Positions 9,833-19,603 of a stretch of DNA of 64,000 bases are shown here, in pieces. This DNA comes from an uncultured Verrucomicrobiota bacterium (GTDB lineage Bacteria > Auribacterota > JABMQX01): contig CAZFAP010000001.1 of NCBI GenBank assembly GCA_964516325.1, positions 2,221-66,220 on the forward strand. The letters are read 5' to 3'. The notes under the pieces were generated by a model. The model worked only from the letters and a program-made list of their open reading frames with translations, was not told the origin of the DNA and did not search any database. Made by a program: the position numbers and the translations under genes. Position 1 is the stretch's first letter. Each line of letters begins with the position of its first letter.

Positions 9833-12800
9833 TCATTCCACTTCGACCTTGTAGAACCGCAGAAGAGCCAGCTTTGCGGTTGGGTCACGGTATTCCATCC
9901 AATCCCCGGTTCCCCACATTGACTCACCGAGCGTCTGCCAACCGTTTCCCATTCCATCGCAGTACAACAACCGATACGTCTTCCCTTTGGCAGAGTGCCA
10001 TGAGATGACCGCGTCGGTATCGAGTCCCCGAGCGCACCTCACACTGAGGAATGATTGACCGTCTGTCGGATTTGTCCCGGCGAAATACTCGCTTCGGTTT
10101 GACTTTCCATCTCCGTCGAAGTCGGCCTCTCCAAAAACGTCCGCTGGTGAGCGCATCCCGTCGGTGGGGTTCGCGTCCGCAATCACTTTTTCCCACGAGT
10201 CCGGCAGCCTATCGTTGTCAGCGTCGGCCTGCCTCGCGTCAAAGGAAAGCGGCTTTCCGATTCGGGGCGACCCGCTTGACATGCCGAGGGGCGTCACCCT
10301 TAGGATCACGTTCTCGAGCAGCCGGCCCCCTTCGTCGGCAACGGAGTCCCAGACAAAGCTATGATCCTCTCCCAGAGGCGAAGATGAGAGACTGAACTTG
10401 CCTTCTCCCTCCGACGACCGCGTCGCCTTCCGCCAGGTTTTGCCTGCGTCGGTCGAGTATTGGACGACTATCGAGCAAGGTGTGCTCAACATGTGGTACA
10501 GCTTATAGTCCACATATACCCAGCCATTGCGCTCGGCAGTGACTTCTACGAATAGGACAATCGGCGTCTCCGGGTTTGCCTCATCGGCGCCGATGTCGGT
10601 CATCGGACTGAGCCGCCCGGGCATGATTCTCGGCTCCCCGTCGAGGTCCGTCGCGGGCAGACCGGGCTCCGTGCTCGATCCGCCGTCTATGCACGGCGAT
10701 GACGGCAGGAGATGAAAGTCATCCTCGGTCGCGGAAACGAAGAGCGGGTCTGAAGATATGTTGCCGCTCTTCCCCGCGAAGCTGCTGTCCTCCACGTCGG
10801 AATATCGCAGGAGATTGTCCCCCGCAAGGAACACCGGCGAGCTGTTCCCCCAGATAATTGCGTTCGCCGCCTCGACGGACGACAGTTCCTCCGCAAAAAG
10901 CGCGGCGCCTTCCGGAGCCGCGTTGTTGGCAATAGTGCAGCTCACCAGACTGATGTAGCTGTCGCCAGCCGCGTGCACGCCTCCTCCGTCGTATGCCGCC
11001 TGATTGCCGCTGAGCTGGCAGCCTCGGATGCGCAGCGAGCATGAGTCTGTCAGGAATAGCCCTCCGCCGTACCACTCCGCGACGTTCCCGCATATCTTCG
11101 TCGTCGAGACGGTACCGGACGACCCTTCGTAGCAGAAGAATCCGCCGCCGATCACCGCGGAATTGTCCGAGACCTCACAATCAACAAAGACGGGAGAGGA
11201 ACCCGCGTCAATGCAGACTCCGCCTCCCCACACCGCCGAGTTATTTACCACGCGGCACTTCGCAATCCGGGGCGACGAACGGAAGAAGTAGATTCCGCCG
11301 CCGACTTTGGCGCCCTTCCCGAACGGCTCCCCAACCCCGCCCGTTATCGTGAACCCCTCTATCTTCGCCCGGTCAACTTGCTCAAAAGCTACCGTCGTGC
11401 CCTGCCCATTGCAGTCTATTGTCGTGTTCTCCGCGCCCTGCCCCACGACCTCGATGTCATTTTTCATCCGGATTTTCTCGCGGTAGGTGCCCGCTCGTAC
11501 CGCGACGACATCCCTGGACTCCGCCGCCTCGATCGCTTTCTGGATGCTCGAGTAATCTTCGGGGACGCGGATAGGCAAAATCCGCAGAATCACGTGCACA
11601 GAAGCGGTAACACTCGGCTTCTTGGTATCTCGCACAATGATGTCGGACTCGTAGGTCCCAATGTCCAGCCCCGATTTCTCAACGGAAACGGCAACTGCGT
11701 CCTCCTCGCCGTGATTCGTGCCGGTCGAGGGGCTGAGCGATAGCCAGCTCGCGTTCTCGCTGGCAGCCCATGTTATGCCGCTGGGAGACTTCGCGCTGAT
11801 TGTCAGCGTCTGGCTCGGTGGGCTCTTGCCGCCCCTGTTCGTCGTGAATTCCAGGAGTTCCGGGGAAACGTAAAGCTCCGGTTTCAGTTCTCTGACCAGA
11901 AGCTTGATTTCAATCGTCTGGGGTGAGTTCTGGGCGTCGGGCGCCTCGACGACCACATTCGCCACATAGTTGCCTGGCTCCATTCCGTCGCCGATAATAG
12001 AAACCGATACAAATTCCGGGGTCCCCGAGTTCGCCCCCGACTCCGGCAACACGCGAACCCATTCCTCCTCGACGGAAGCCGACCACTGCATTTTTCGACC
12101 GCCCGTGTTGCGAACGCTGAAGTTTTGCGGCGGCGGGTCGGGCGCACCCTCGTCCATCGCGAAACTCATGGTGATGGGCGAGACGCTGAGCACCGGCGGC
12201 TTCTCCTGGATTGTTAGCTTCACCTGCACATTCTGAGGAGAACCGTTCGCCCCGGGGGCGGTTACTGTTATCGCTGCCGAATGACTCCCCGGCAACAGAC
12301 TCATCGCGTCCACGAGGATCTGAACAACGTCTATCTCACCCTTCCCGCTTCCCGATTCCGGCGAAGGCGACAGCCATGCCGCGTCGCTCCCGGCGTGCCA
12401 CTCCATCTCCCGTCCTCCGGCGTTGCGAATCCGAATCTCCTGCGCCGGAGGATTTCCTTCCTCCTCGACCGCGAAGAACTCAAGGTTGAGGGGCGTAACT
12501 TCGAGAACCGAAGGCGGCTGCTCCGCCACCGTCAGCGTTACAGAAACAACCTGCGGCGAATTGCTCGTCGTCGCACTGACGGTGATCATCGCCCTGTAAG
12601 TCCCCGTGGACAAACCCGCCGTGTCCACTCCGACCTCGACGTTATCCTTCTCGCCAGCATTTGTTCCGGAGCTCGGATTCAATCGCAGCCAGGGGACATC
12701 CCCCGAGACATCCCAGGAGATTTCCCCCGAGCCGACGTTTTGGATTTCGATTCCCTGCGGCGGTGGAGGCTCCTCGTTTTCGATGCAAGCGAAGGTCAAC

Positions 12801-15229
12801 TCCGTCGGAGAAACCGCTAACCGCGGCGGCGGGGGTGCAAGGTCCAAAAGGACAGGAATCACAACGGGCGAGTTGACCGCCCTCGCGGACGCGATGCTGA
12901 CATGCGCGGCATATGAACCGGACGTCAAGCCGGCAATATCAATGGAGACCGCTATCGTGTCGTCCTCGCCCGCGCTCGTCCCTTCTGCGGGAGAGACTCT
13001 TAACCACGGCATATCGCTGGACGCCTGCCAGTCCATATCGCCTCTCCCGACATTCCTGACGACCAGCTCCTGCGGGGGCGGGTTCTCTCCGCCCTCAAAT
13101 GCAGAGAAGCTGAGAATCGCCGGCGAGGCAGATAGCGTCGGCGGCTTTGGCGCAACCAGAAGCGTTATCTCAACTTCCTGCGGGGAATTCACGACCTCTG
13201 CGGCAGTTGCGGTCATGCGGCCCACGTACGTGCCAGGCAAGAGTCCCCCGATGTCGGCATGAAGGACAACGATGTCTGGCTCCCCGGTGTTCGTCCCCGT
13301 CGTCGGAGAAGCCGTAAGCCACGGCGCGTCCTCCGAAATCTCCCACGAGAATTCCCCTGTTCCGACGTTTTGGATTACGGCTTCCTGGGGTAGGGGATTG
13401 GCTCCTCCTTCCGTCTCAGCGAAAACGATAGTAGCCGGTGAGACCGACAGCAGCGGTGGCGGCTCTGTCATTTCGAGGAGAACCGGAATGGATTGCGTCG
13501 GACTGGAGGTCGCTGTAACCCGGATACGCGCTGCATACGACCCGATGGTCAGCCCCGTTACGTCAACGGAAACATCAACGGCGTCAATCTCTCCCTCGCT
13601 GCTTCCCGATTGCGGGGCAAGGCTCAGCCAGGGCAGGTCTCCCTCGACCTGCCATGCCATATCGTGTCCCCCGGTGTTTTGAATCTCCAGCTTCTGTGCA
13701 GGGGGATTTGGCCCGTTCTCCCACGACGAGAATTTCAAGATTGTCGGAGAGACCGAGAGGATCGGCGTCAGCTCAAAAATCTTCAGCGTTACCGTCACAT
13801 AAATCTTTGTGCTTGGAAGCTGTATGCACGACACCGTGATTGTTGCCTGGTAGTCTCCGGCGAACAACCCCGCGATGGATGCGCTGACGGTGACAGAATC
13901 TTTCTCGCCCGTGTTGCGTCCGGCGGTCGGGCTGAGCACCAACCAGGTTGCGTTATCCTCGACCCGCCAATCGAGGTCTCCGCCCCCGGAATTCCACACC
14001 TCCAGCGTCTGGCTCTCGGGGTCGGGCATCTTCTCCATGCCCTCGAACGCGAACGACTCCGGCGAGGAAGACAACACCGGCGGGGGGACATTGTTCACGG
14101 TGAAGTTGCTCGTCTCGCCGGGTGTCCCGACCTTCGTGTCCGACGGCGTGATGCGAACCCGAATATCGTTCTGGTTTGTTTGCCCGATGTCCGTCAACGA
14201 GTCCCACACGAAAATATGATTCTGGCCGGTGCGCGACGAGGTCAGATTGGACACCCCGTCTCCCCCCGGACCCTGCGTCGCAGGTCGCCACGTCAAGCCG
14301 CCATCCTCCGAAAGCCGCACGACAATTGTGCAGGGGTCGCCTTGGGTGTCCTTCAGCGTGTAGATAATAGTAACGAGGCCGCTTTGGATTCCTGAAGGCG
14401 TCTGGACTATCGCGACCGGCGGGGATTCGGTCATCGGCACAACCCGCACTTCAATCAGAAAATCGTCATCGTCGTCGCTCCCGCCGGTGCATCGGTCCAA
14501 ATGAAGTAGATAACCTTCGACCTCATTGGGCAGGACCGTTACCGCCGTATCGCCCAGTCCATTGTTGTTGTCCAGATCACTGAAGGACTCGTTGGGACGA
14601 TAGCCTGAGTATGCGGAGACTCCGAGCGTTATCACGTAGAAATCGAGTCCTGATCCTGCTGGCAAGAAGCCCAGGCTATGGTCTGGGGTCGCTGGGGGAT
14701 TATTGGGGACATCTTGATACAGGATGTGGCGGTAGCTAGCAGGAGTCGTCGCGGTAGCGTAGCCAAACCCGATTTCAGAGTTGGCCGCGGCAGAACCTCC
14801 CACCCTGTAGGACAGGATCACTTCCCCGGACGTCTTCGTGGTAATGAACGGCCACGACCCCGTCGGTTCCACACGGAACATCCCGTCGCTTGTGTCCGAA
14901 ACCGAGACGTTGAGGGCGTCAGAGACTCTGACGATGCAAAACGCTGAGGGGATATTCGGGACAACCCAGGTCTCGTTCTCGTCGTTCGGAGTGCTCGCCC
15001 TGAAAACACTCCATGTGCTGCCGCCATTCGAGGAGTACTCGATTTTGACCTGGGTGATGCTCGAAGAAGCCGTCCAGGTGATCGTGTGTGTGGTGCCGAC
15101 AACCAGACGCTCCGACCCGTTGGGAGAAGTCACCACGATGGATTGAGCCATGCAATCCCCGAGGGCAACAAACGCCGCGAAAACCGCGGCAAGAACAAGC
15201 GGCAATCGCCTCACCGGGAAACACTCCAT
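9833..15229 (-). CDS. Giant secreted surface protein (~1799 aa). Order: signal peptide, BNR/Asp-box motifs, 8 tandem BACON-like repeats, a right-handed parallel beta-helix (PbH1) domain, a Ca-binding D-x-D-x-D-G segment, and a conserved C-terminal domain.
   Basis: The signal peptide is MECFPVRRLPLVLAAVFAAFVALG. SxDGGxTW motifs appear three times. Eight ~105-aa repeats share the pattern P.LSVSP..L.F...EGG.NPP.Q...I.N.G.G...W.....PWL...P.SG...GE.D.V.VS.D..GL..G.Y.A.I.V.A....NSPQ.V.V.L.V. PbH1 repeats read NNSAVWGGGVCID...GNQAAYDGGGVHA. The FDGDGKSNRSEYFAGTNPTD stretch is dockerin/TSP3-like. The track start at 15433 is probably an over-extension. Confidence 0.8.
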   Translation of the reverse strand: MECFPVRRLPLVLAAVFAAFVALGDCMAQSIVVTSPNGSERLVVGTTHTITWTASSSITQVKIEYSSNGGSTWSVFRASTPNDENETWVVPNIPSAFCIVRVSDALNVSVSDTSDGMFRVEPTGSWPFITTKTSGEVILSYRVGGSAAANSEIGFGYATATTPASYRHILYQDVPNNPPATPDHSLGFLPAGSGLDFYVITLGVSAYSGYRPNESFSDLDNNNGLGDTAVTVLPNEVEGYLLHLDRCTGGSDDDDDFLIEVRVVPMTESPPVAIVQTPSGIQSGLVTIIYTLKDTQGDPCTIVVRLSEDGGLTWRPATQGPGGDGVSNLTSSRTGQNHIFVWDSLTDIGQTNQNDIRVRITPSDTKVGTPGETSNFTVNNVPPPVLSSSPESFAFEGMEKMPDPESQTLEVWNSGGGDLDWRVEDNATWLVLSPTAGRNTGEKDSVTVSASIAGLFAGDYQATITVSCIQLPSTKIYVTVTLKIFELTPILSVSPTILKFSSWENGPNPPAQKLEIQNTGGHDMAWQVEGDLPWLSLAPQSGSSEGEIDAVDVSVDVTGLTIGSYAARIRVTATSSPTQSIPVLLEMTEPPPLLSVSPATIVFAETEGGANPLPQEAVIQNVGTGEFSWEISEDAPWLTASPTTGTNTGEPDIVVLHADIGGLLPGTYVGRMTATAAEVVNSPQEVEITLLVAPKPPTLSASPAILSFSAFEGGENPPPQELVVRNVGRGDMDWQASSDMPWLRVSPAEGTSAGEDDTIAVSIDIAGLTSGSYAAHVSIASARAVNSPVVIPVLLDLAPPPPRLAVSPTELTFACIENEEPPPPQGIEIQNVGSGEISWDVSGDVPWLRLNPSSGTNAGEKDNVEVGVDTAGLSTGTYRAMITVSATTSNSPQVVSVTLTVAEQPPSVLEVTPLNLEFFAVEEEGNPPAQEIRIRNAGGREMEWHAGSDAAWLSPSPESGSGKGEIDVVQILVDAMSLLPGSHSAAITVTAPGANGSPQNVQVKLTIQEKPPVLSVSPITMSFAMDEGAPDPPPQNFSVRNTGGRKMQWSASVEEEWVRVLPESGANSGTPEFVSVSIIGDGMEPGNYVANVVVEAPDAQNSPQTIEIKLLVRELKPELYVSPELLEFTTNRGGKSPPSQTLTISAKSPSGITWAASENASWLSLSPSTGTNHGEEDAVAVSVEKSGLDIGTYESDIIVRDTKKPSVTASVHVILRILPIRVPEDYSSIQKAIEAAESRDVVAVRAGTYREKIRMKNDIEVVGQGAENTTIDCNGQGTTVAFEQVDRAKIEGFTITGGVGEPFGKGAKVGGGIYFFRSSPRIAKCRVVNNSAVWGGGVCIDAGSSPVFVDCEVSDNSAVIGGGFFCYEGSSGTVSTTKICGNVAEWYGGGLFLTDSCSLRIRGCQLSGNQAAYDGGGVHAAGDSYISLVSCTIANNAAPEGAALFAEELSSVEAANAIIWGNSSPVFLAGDNLLRYSDVEDSSFAGKSGNISSDPLFVSATEDDFHLLPSSPCIDGGSSTEPGLPATDLDGEPRIMPGRLSPMTDIGADEANPETPIVLFVEVTAERNGWVYVDYKLYHMLSTPCSIVVQYSTDAGKTWRKATRSSEGEGKFSLSSSPLGEDHSFVWDSVADEGGRLLENVILRVTPLGMSSGSPRIGKPLSFDARQADADNDRLPDSWEKVIADANPTDGMRSPADVFGEADFDGDGKSNRSEYFAGTNPTDGQSFLSVRCARGLDTDAVISWHSAKGKTYRLLYCDGMGNGWQTLGESMWGTGDWMEYRDPTAKLALLRFYKVEVE
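11520..14090 (-). repeat. Intragenic tandem array of 8 repeats, ~315 bp / ~105 aa each, encoding BACON-like Ig-fold domains within the giant protein
   Basis: Protein-level periodicity read directly from the translation (repeat boundaries at PPPVLSSSP, LTPILSVSP, PPPLLSVSP, KPPTLSASP, PPPRLAVSP, QPPSVLEVTP, KPPVLSVSP, LKPELYVSP). Coordinates are approximate. Confidence 0.55.
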
Positions 15230-15878
15230 CACCGTTTTCAAGAGCACGCCTGACTTTCTCCTCCGAGGAGGGAAGCCGCTTCCCACTCCATCCCGGCACA
15301 ACAACCGAGCAGTGGTTTTGAGACGGGTCTTAAACACAGAGCGTGAGCGGCGGATCTGTCGGAGAGACTCTGCTGCCTGCCCCCGGACTGACGCGCGCTC
15401 AGCACACGATCCAGGAGCATGTCGGTGCACCACCTTTCAGGCCGCAGACACCGAGGCAGCCTCGCCCTCCACGAATCTTCACCCGGCGGGTCTCATCTTC
15501 TCGCAAGAGGATAAGACATCTCCCCTTTGAGTATCACAAAGAAAATACCCTGAAGCCCGGCTTTTGTCAAGGCAGGAACCTCGATGGGGTGTGGCTCCAT
15601 TTGAGTGTCGCTGGCGTGGCACGTGTGCCAGATAGGGAGTGCAGTCCTGCCCAACATGAGGCTCTATGACGCCCCTTCAGGGCTGATAGAGGTGGGGCGG
15701 GGCGCTATCCTCAGGGCTTCGCCCTGGGCTAAGCTATCTCGCCCCGTTGGGGCCTACTCCCTTCTCCGTAGCCAAGCCCTGAAAGGGCGCGATAATGCGA
15801 TGCCACCATAATAGAGCCGCACCCTCGACGATGCTGATCTTCTGCTTTTTGCGTTTTTCTGCTATCATAGAGTAGTGC

Positions 15879-16133
15879 TTGGAGCCGAACGAAACAATGC
15901 CAACCGTTTTGAGAAGTGGGCCATTTCGGTTTTTCTTCTACAGTGACGAAGGAGCGAAAGCTCCTCACATCCACGTGCAGGAGGGCCGTAAACTCGCGAA
16001 ATTCTGGCTCGACCCCGTGCGGCTCGCATCCTCCAAACGGTTCAACGCGCAAGAGCTTCGGACGGCGGAGAGAATTGTAGAAGCAAACAGTCGGCAGTTT
16101 GTGGAGGCGTGGCATGAGTTCTTCAATGCCTGA
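15879..16133 (+). CDS. DUF4160 family small protein
   Basis: 84 aa; FYSDEGAKAPHIHVQ is a DUF4160-type motif. The stop overlaps the downstream gene by 20 nt. Confidence 0.6.
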   Translation: MEPNETMPTVLRSGPFRFFFYSDEGAKAPHIHVQEGRKLAKFWLDPVRLASSKRFNAQELRTAERIVEANSRQFVEAWHEFFNA

Positions 16134-16392
16134 TTTGGACCCGAGGGCCCAATCCGTTCAATTCGACAACGACGAGCTGACCGTGGTGCTCGTGGATGGT
16201 CGGCGAATCAGCGTTCCGTTGGCCTGGTTCCCCAGGTTACTTCACGCTACACCCGCGCAACGACACAACTGGCAGTTGCTTGGCGACGGGGAGGGAATTC
16301 ATTGGCCGGATGTTGATGAGGACCTCAGCGTCGCAGGGCTCCTGCGTGGTGTCCGCGCCCCAGACGCGGCAGGCAAGCTCCCGACCCATTGA
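16114..16392 (+). CDS. DUF2442 family small protein (partner of DUF4160)
   Basis: About 92 aa; DELTVVLVDGRRISVPLAWFPRL matches the DUF2442 pattern. Overlapping gene pair. Confidence 0.55.
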   Translation: MSSSMPDLDPRAQSVQFDNDELTVVLVDGRRISVPLAWFPRLLHATPAQRHNWQLLGDGEGIHWPDVDEDLSVAGLLRGVRAPDAAGKLPTH

Positions 16393-16500
16393 GCACGCCG
16401 CAGCTTCCGCAGCGCTTCGTCAAGCACGACCCACTCGCGTCCGTATTCCCCCAATCCCTCCCCACCTTGCCAGCTCCCACCCAGACGGCAGTCACTACGT

Positions 16501-17721
16501 CTACCCCACGAGATTCGCGAGTCTCTCAAAAGCCACGGCGCACAGCGCGGCGAAGCCCGCGACCGCGACCACGTTCTCCAGCCAGCCGTTTGCATGCTCG
16601 CCCATGATCTCCTTATCGTTCAGAACCAGGAGCATTACGAGCGCGCAACCCGGCACGAGAACAACGGTGATCCCTTGAAGGAAAATCAGCGCGTTCACTG
16701 GCGTGCCCCTGAACAGAAGCGAGACGGTCATCCCGATCACGATTGCCATCGCCGTGAGGAGCCTTGACGGCAGCCCGCCCATCTCCCGACCGAGTCCAAG
16801 CCCGTCCGCGAGCAGCCCGCCGCCGATCATTGCGTTCACGACCAGCGACGAGAACGCCGCCGCCCACAATCCCAAGCAGAACAGCCACTTCGCAAACCGC
16901 CCGGAAAGCGGCTCGAGCTGCCTCGCCATATCTGCTGCCGTCTGCACGCTCAGCCCTTTCGGCTTGATAACTGTTGCAGAAGTGATGATGATGACTGTCG
17001 TGATGAATGCAAGCACGATGATCGCCGCAATGGCGTCGCGGACTCCCGTCTTGTATTCCGCCAGTCCCCAACCTTTCTCCTGCACGAGGTACGACTGATA
17101 CAAAGCCGCGATGACCGAGAACGTCGTTCCGACCATTGCCGCAATCAGGGGGAAGCTCCCTTTCGGCGCCGAAGGCATAAGCCCTTTGAGCAGCTCTCCC
17201 GGTTTTGGCCCCGCTTTGACCGCCGTCCCGAGAAATCCGGCGATCATGATGACCACAAGAACGAGCATCAGTTTCTCAATCAGTCTGTACGTACGCCGCG
17301 CCAAAAACAGGATTGCCAGAGCACCCGCGTTGAAGAATATCGCCCAGACCCACAGGGGCCATCCCGTCAGCGATTCCATCGCCGTCCCCACACCCATGTT
17401 GTTCCCTGCCTGAAACCCCGCCACGACGGTGAACGAGCAAATCCCGAGAATTGCTGAGAGCCAGCCCCCGTATTTCCTCCTCACCGCCCCGAGAAACGAT
17501 TCGCCCGAGACCACCCCGAACCTCGCTCCCATCGCCGTATAACAGCACATGAAAAGGCAGATCGGCGCCATCAGCCACAGAAACGAATAGCCGTACTCCG
17601 CTCCCATCTTGGATGCCGTGCTCACGCTCCCCGGACCGAGCACCACCGCCGCCGTAACAAACGCCGGCCCAATGACCGACAACAGCCGTCGTCTTCTGTC
17701 GCCACTAACGTTTGGCATCAT
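16501..17721 (-). CDS. mntH: Nramp-family divalent metal (Mn2+/Fe2+) transporter
   Basis: GPAFVTAAVVLGPGSVSTASKMGAEYGY near the N-terminus and about 11 TM helices, as expected for Nramp/MntH. The start is taken at MMPNVS. Confidence 0.8.
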   Translation of the reverse strand: MMPNVSGDRRRRLLSVIGPAFVTAAVVLGPGSVSTASKMGAEYGYSFLWLMAPICLFMCCYTAMGARFGVVSGESFLGAVRRKYGGWLSAILGICSFTVVAGFQAGNNMGVGTAMESLTGWPLWVWAIFFNAGALAILFLARRTYRLIEKLMLVLVVIMIAGFLGTAVKAGPKPGELLKGLMPSAPKGSFPLIAAMVGTTFSVIAALYQSYLVQEKGWGLAEYKTGVRDAIAAIIVLAFITTVIIITSATVIKPKGLSVQTAADMARQLEPLSGRFAKWLFCLGLWAAAFSSLVVNAMIGGGLLADGLGLGREMGGLPSRLLTAMAIVIGMTVSLLFRGTPVNALIFLQGITVVLVPGCALVMLLVLNDKEIMGEHANGWLENVVAVAGFAALCAVAFERLANLVG

Positions 17722-18162
17722 TTGTCTCCTGGCTGACAAGTTCACTTCTCGGCAGCGCTCGTTCTCGCTGGGGGAGATTCCGCGAGCTTTCGCCTATCTC
17801 ACCAACGTCCCTGTGTGGTTCTGACTCCCCCGTGGTGTGAAATCTCTCTTCCTGCGCTTGGGCTGTTTCTGGCTGCTTCGCGCCGGCCGGGTCATGAGCC
17901 GGGGAGAAGACTTCCTGCTACCCTCTTTTGCGGTGCAGTCCTGGTCTCCCGAAACGCGCTTACCGAGGGTCACGTATCCCGCGCCACTGGTCGCAGTCCG
18001 GGCGGGAGGGGAAGCCGATGACCCATTCGGGACTCCACAGAGCTTCCGCCCCGTGCGAGCCCCCCTTGGGTTATTCTATGCTAAAATATTGGACGGATGG
18101 GACAATGATTTCTGCATGCAGAGGGTCGTGCCTTTGAAAACCCGCTTCTGGGAGGTTCTGAG

Positions 18163-19422
18163 ATGTGCTTGGGGCTAACACTCGTTCAGGCCATTCGGAT
18201 GTGCGTTCGCTTCGCAGGTTCTTGTTTGCTGGGGGCAGCTTCGGTCCCGCTGCTGCCGGCTTTCGCAGAGGATAATCCTCAGCCGGGCACTTCCTTTCGT
18301 TGCCATGTAGATGAGCACAGGCGGCTCGTTGTTGAGGGCAGGCCGTTTTTCCCGCTCGGGTTGTATGGTGCTCACGATTTCGACCATCTGCGGGAGATTG
18401 CGAACAGCCCCTTCAACTGCGTCCTCGATTATGGGATGACCGCCCAGGACGTGGAAACCACACGAAAATATCTCGACGAAGCCCATCGCCTCGGCATCAA
18501 AATCATTTTCTGCGTTAACGACGTCTATCCGAGCGCGAAGTACCACGAGAAGCTCGGCGACTGGGTTGGCAATGACGCGATCCTCGAAGGCGTCGTCAGA
18601 ACATTCCGGGACCATCCGGCTCTCATCGCCTGGTATAACAACGACGAACTCCCCTTCGAGAAGAAGGAGGAAATCGAGGGCTACTACCGCCGGATCAAAG
18701 AGCTCGACCCGAATCATCCCCAACTGATGGTTCATTATCGCCCCGGCTCCTACCGGACCTTCTTCAACGCCTGCGACATTGTCGGAGTGGATGTCTATCC
18801 GATTCCGAAGAACCCCGTTACTGAGCTGAGCGACCGAATGGACCTTGCCTGGAAAGAAGTCGAGGCGAAAAAGCCGGTTTGGGCTGTTCCTCAAACGTTC
18901 GCCTGGTATCAGCACCGCGACCCCGAGGACCCCAATGACACTCTCGGTCGCCGACGGCTTCCCATGCCAAACGAGTGGCTCAACGGGCGTGCTCCGACCT
19001 ATGACGAAACTCGAGCGATGACCTATCTGGCTCTCGTTCACCGTGCCAGAGGCATCATCTACTGGTGCTTCTACAACATGTCCTATCTCCCCGATTTCGT
19101 CGAGCGGTGGAGTTTCATGAAGCGCATCGGCGCTGAGCTGAAGGAGCTTTTCCCGATTCTCCTTTCCCCGGAAGAGATGGCCGTGTCAGCACAGCCTCCG
19201 AACGACGCGATTCACTCCCTTATCAAGGTCGCCGACGGCAAGCGATACCTCCTCGCCGTCAATGCATCCCGCAATCCCCATCGCCCGTCCTTTCGTCTTC
19301 CCGCAGGAGCGTCATCAGCGGTGAAAGCGCAATTTGAGGCTCGCTCCATCCCCGTGAAGGACGGATTGTTGACCGACTTCTTCGCGCCCTTTGCCGCCCA
19401 CGTTTACGAATTGGACGAGTAG
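18163..19422 (+). CDS. Secreted TIM-barrel glycoside hydrolase (GH5/GH113-like; family uncertain)
   Basis: Signal peptide; an IAWYNNDELP motif resembling the GH-A clan acid/base 'NEP'; aromatic-rich barrel strands. Confidence 0.6.
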   Translation: MCLGLTLVQAIRMCVRFAGSCLLGAASVPLLPAFAEDNPQPGTSFRCHVDEHRRLVVEGRPFFPLGLYGAHDFDHLREIANSPFNCVLDYGMTAQDVETTRKYLDEAHRLGIKIIFCVNDVYPSAKYHEKLGDWVGNDAILEGVVRTFRDHPALIAWYNNDELPFEKKEEIEGYYRRIKELDPNHPQLMVHYRPGSYRTFFNACDIVGVDVYPIPKNPVTELSDRMDLAWKEVEAKKPVWAVPQTFAWYQHRDPEDPNDTLGRRRLPMPNEWLNGRAPTYDETRAMTYLALVHRARGIIYWCFYNMSYLPDFVERWSFMKRIGAELKELFPILLSPEEMAVSAQPPNDAIHSLIKVADGKRYLLAVNASRNPHRPSFRLPAGASSAVKAQFEARSIPVKDGLLTDFFAPFAAHVYELDE

Positions 19423-19603
19423 TCGGACTGCTGCCGCGCTCCAACGGCTGTTCTGCGGCATGGCGGAAGGCCCCTGCAGTTCCCGAACCCGGCGCGGATC
19501 ACAAGAACCCCGGCCGAGAACAGCTTGAACATGTTTCTTGACACACGGGTGGAAAGGCGACACCATTGCCTGCACGGCAAACCATAATGTCGAGGGCAAA
19601 CGC

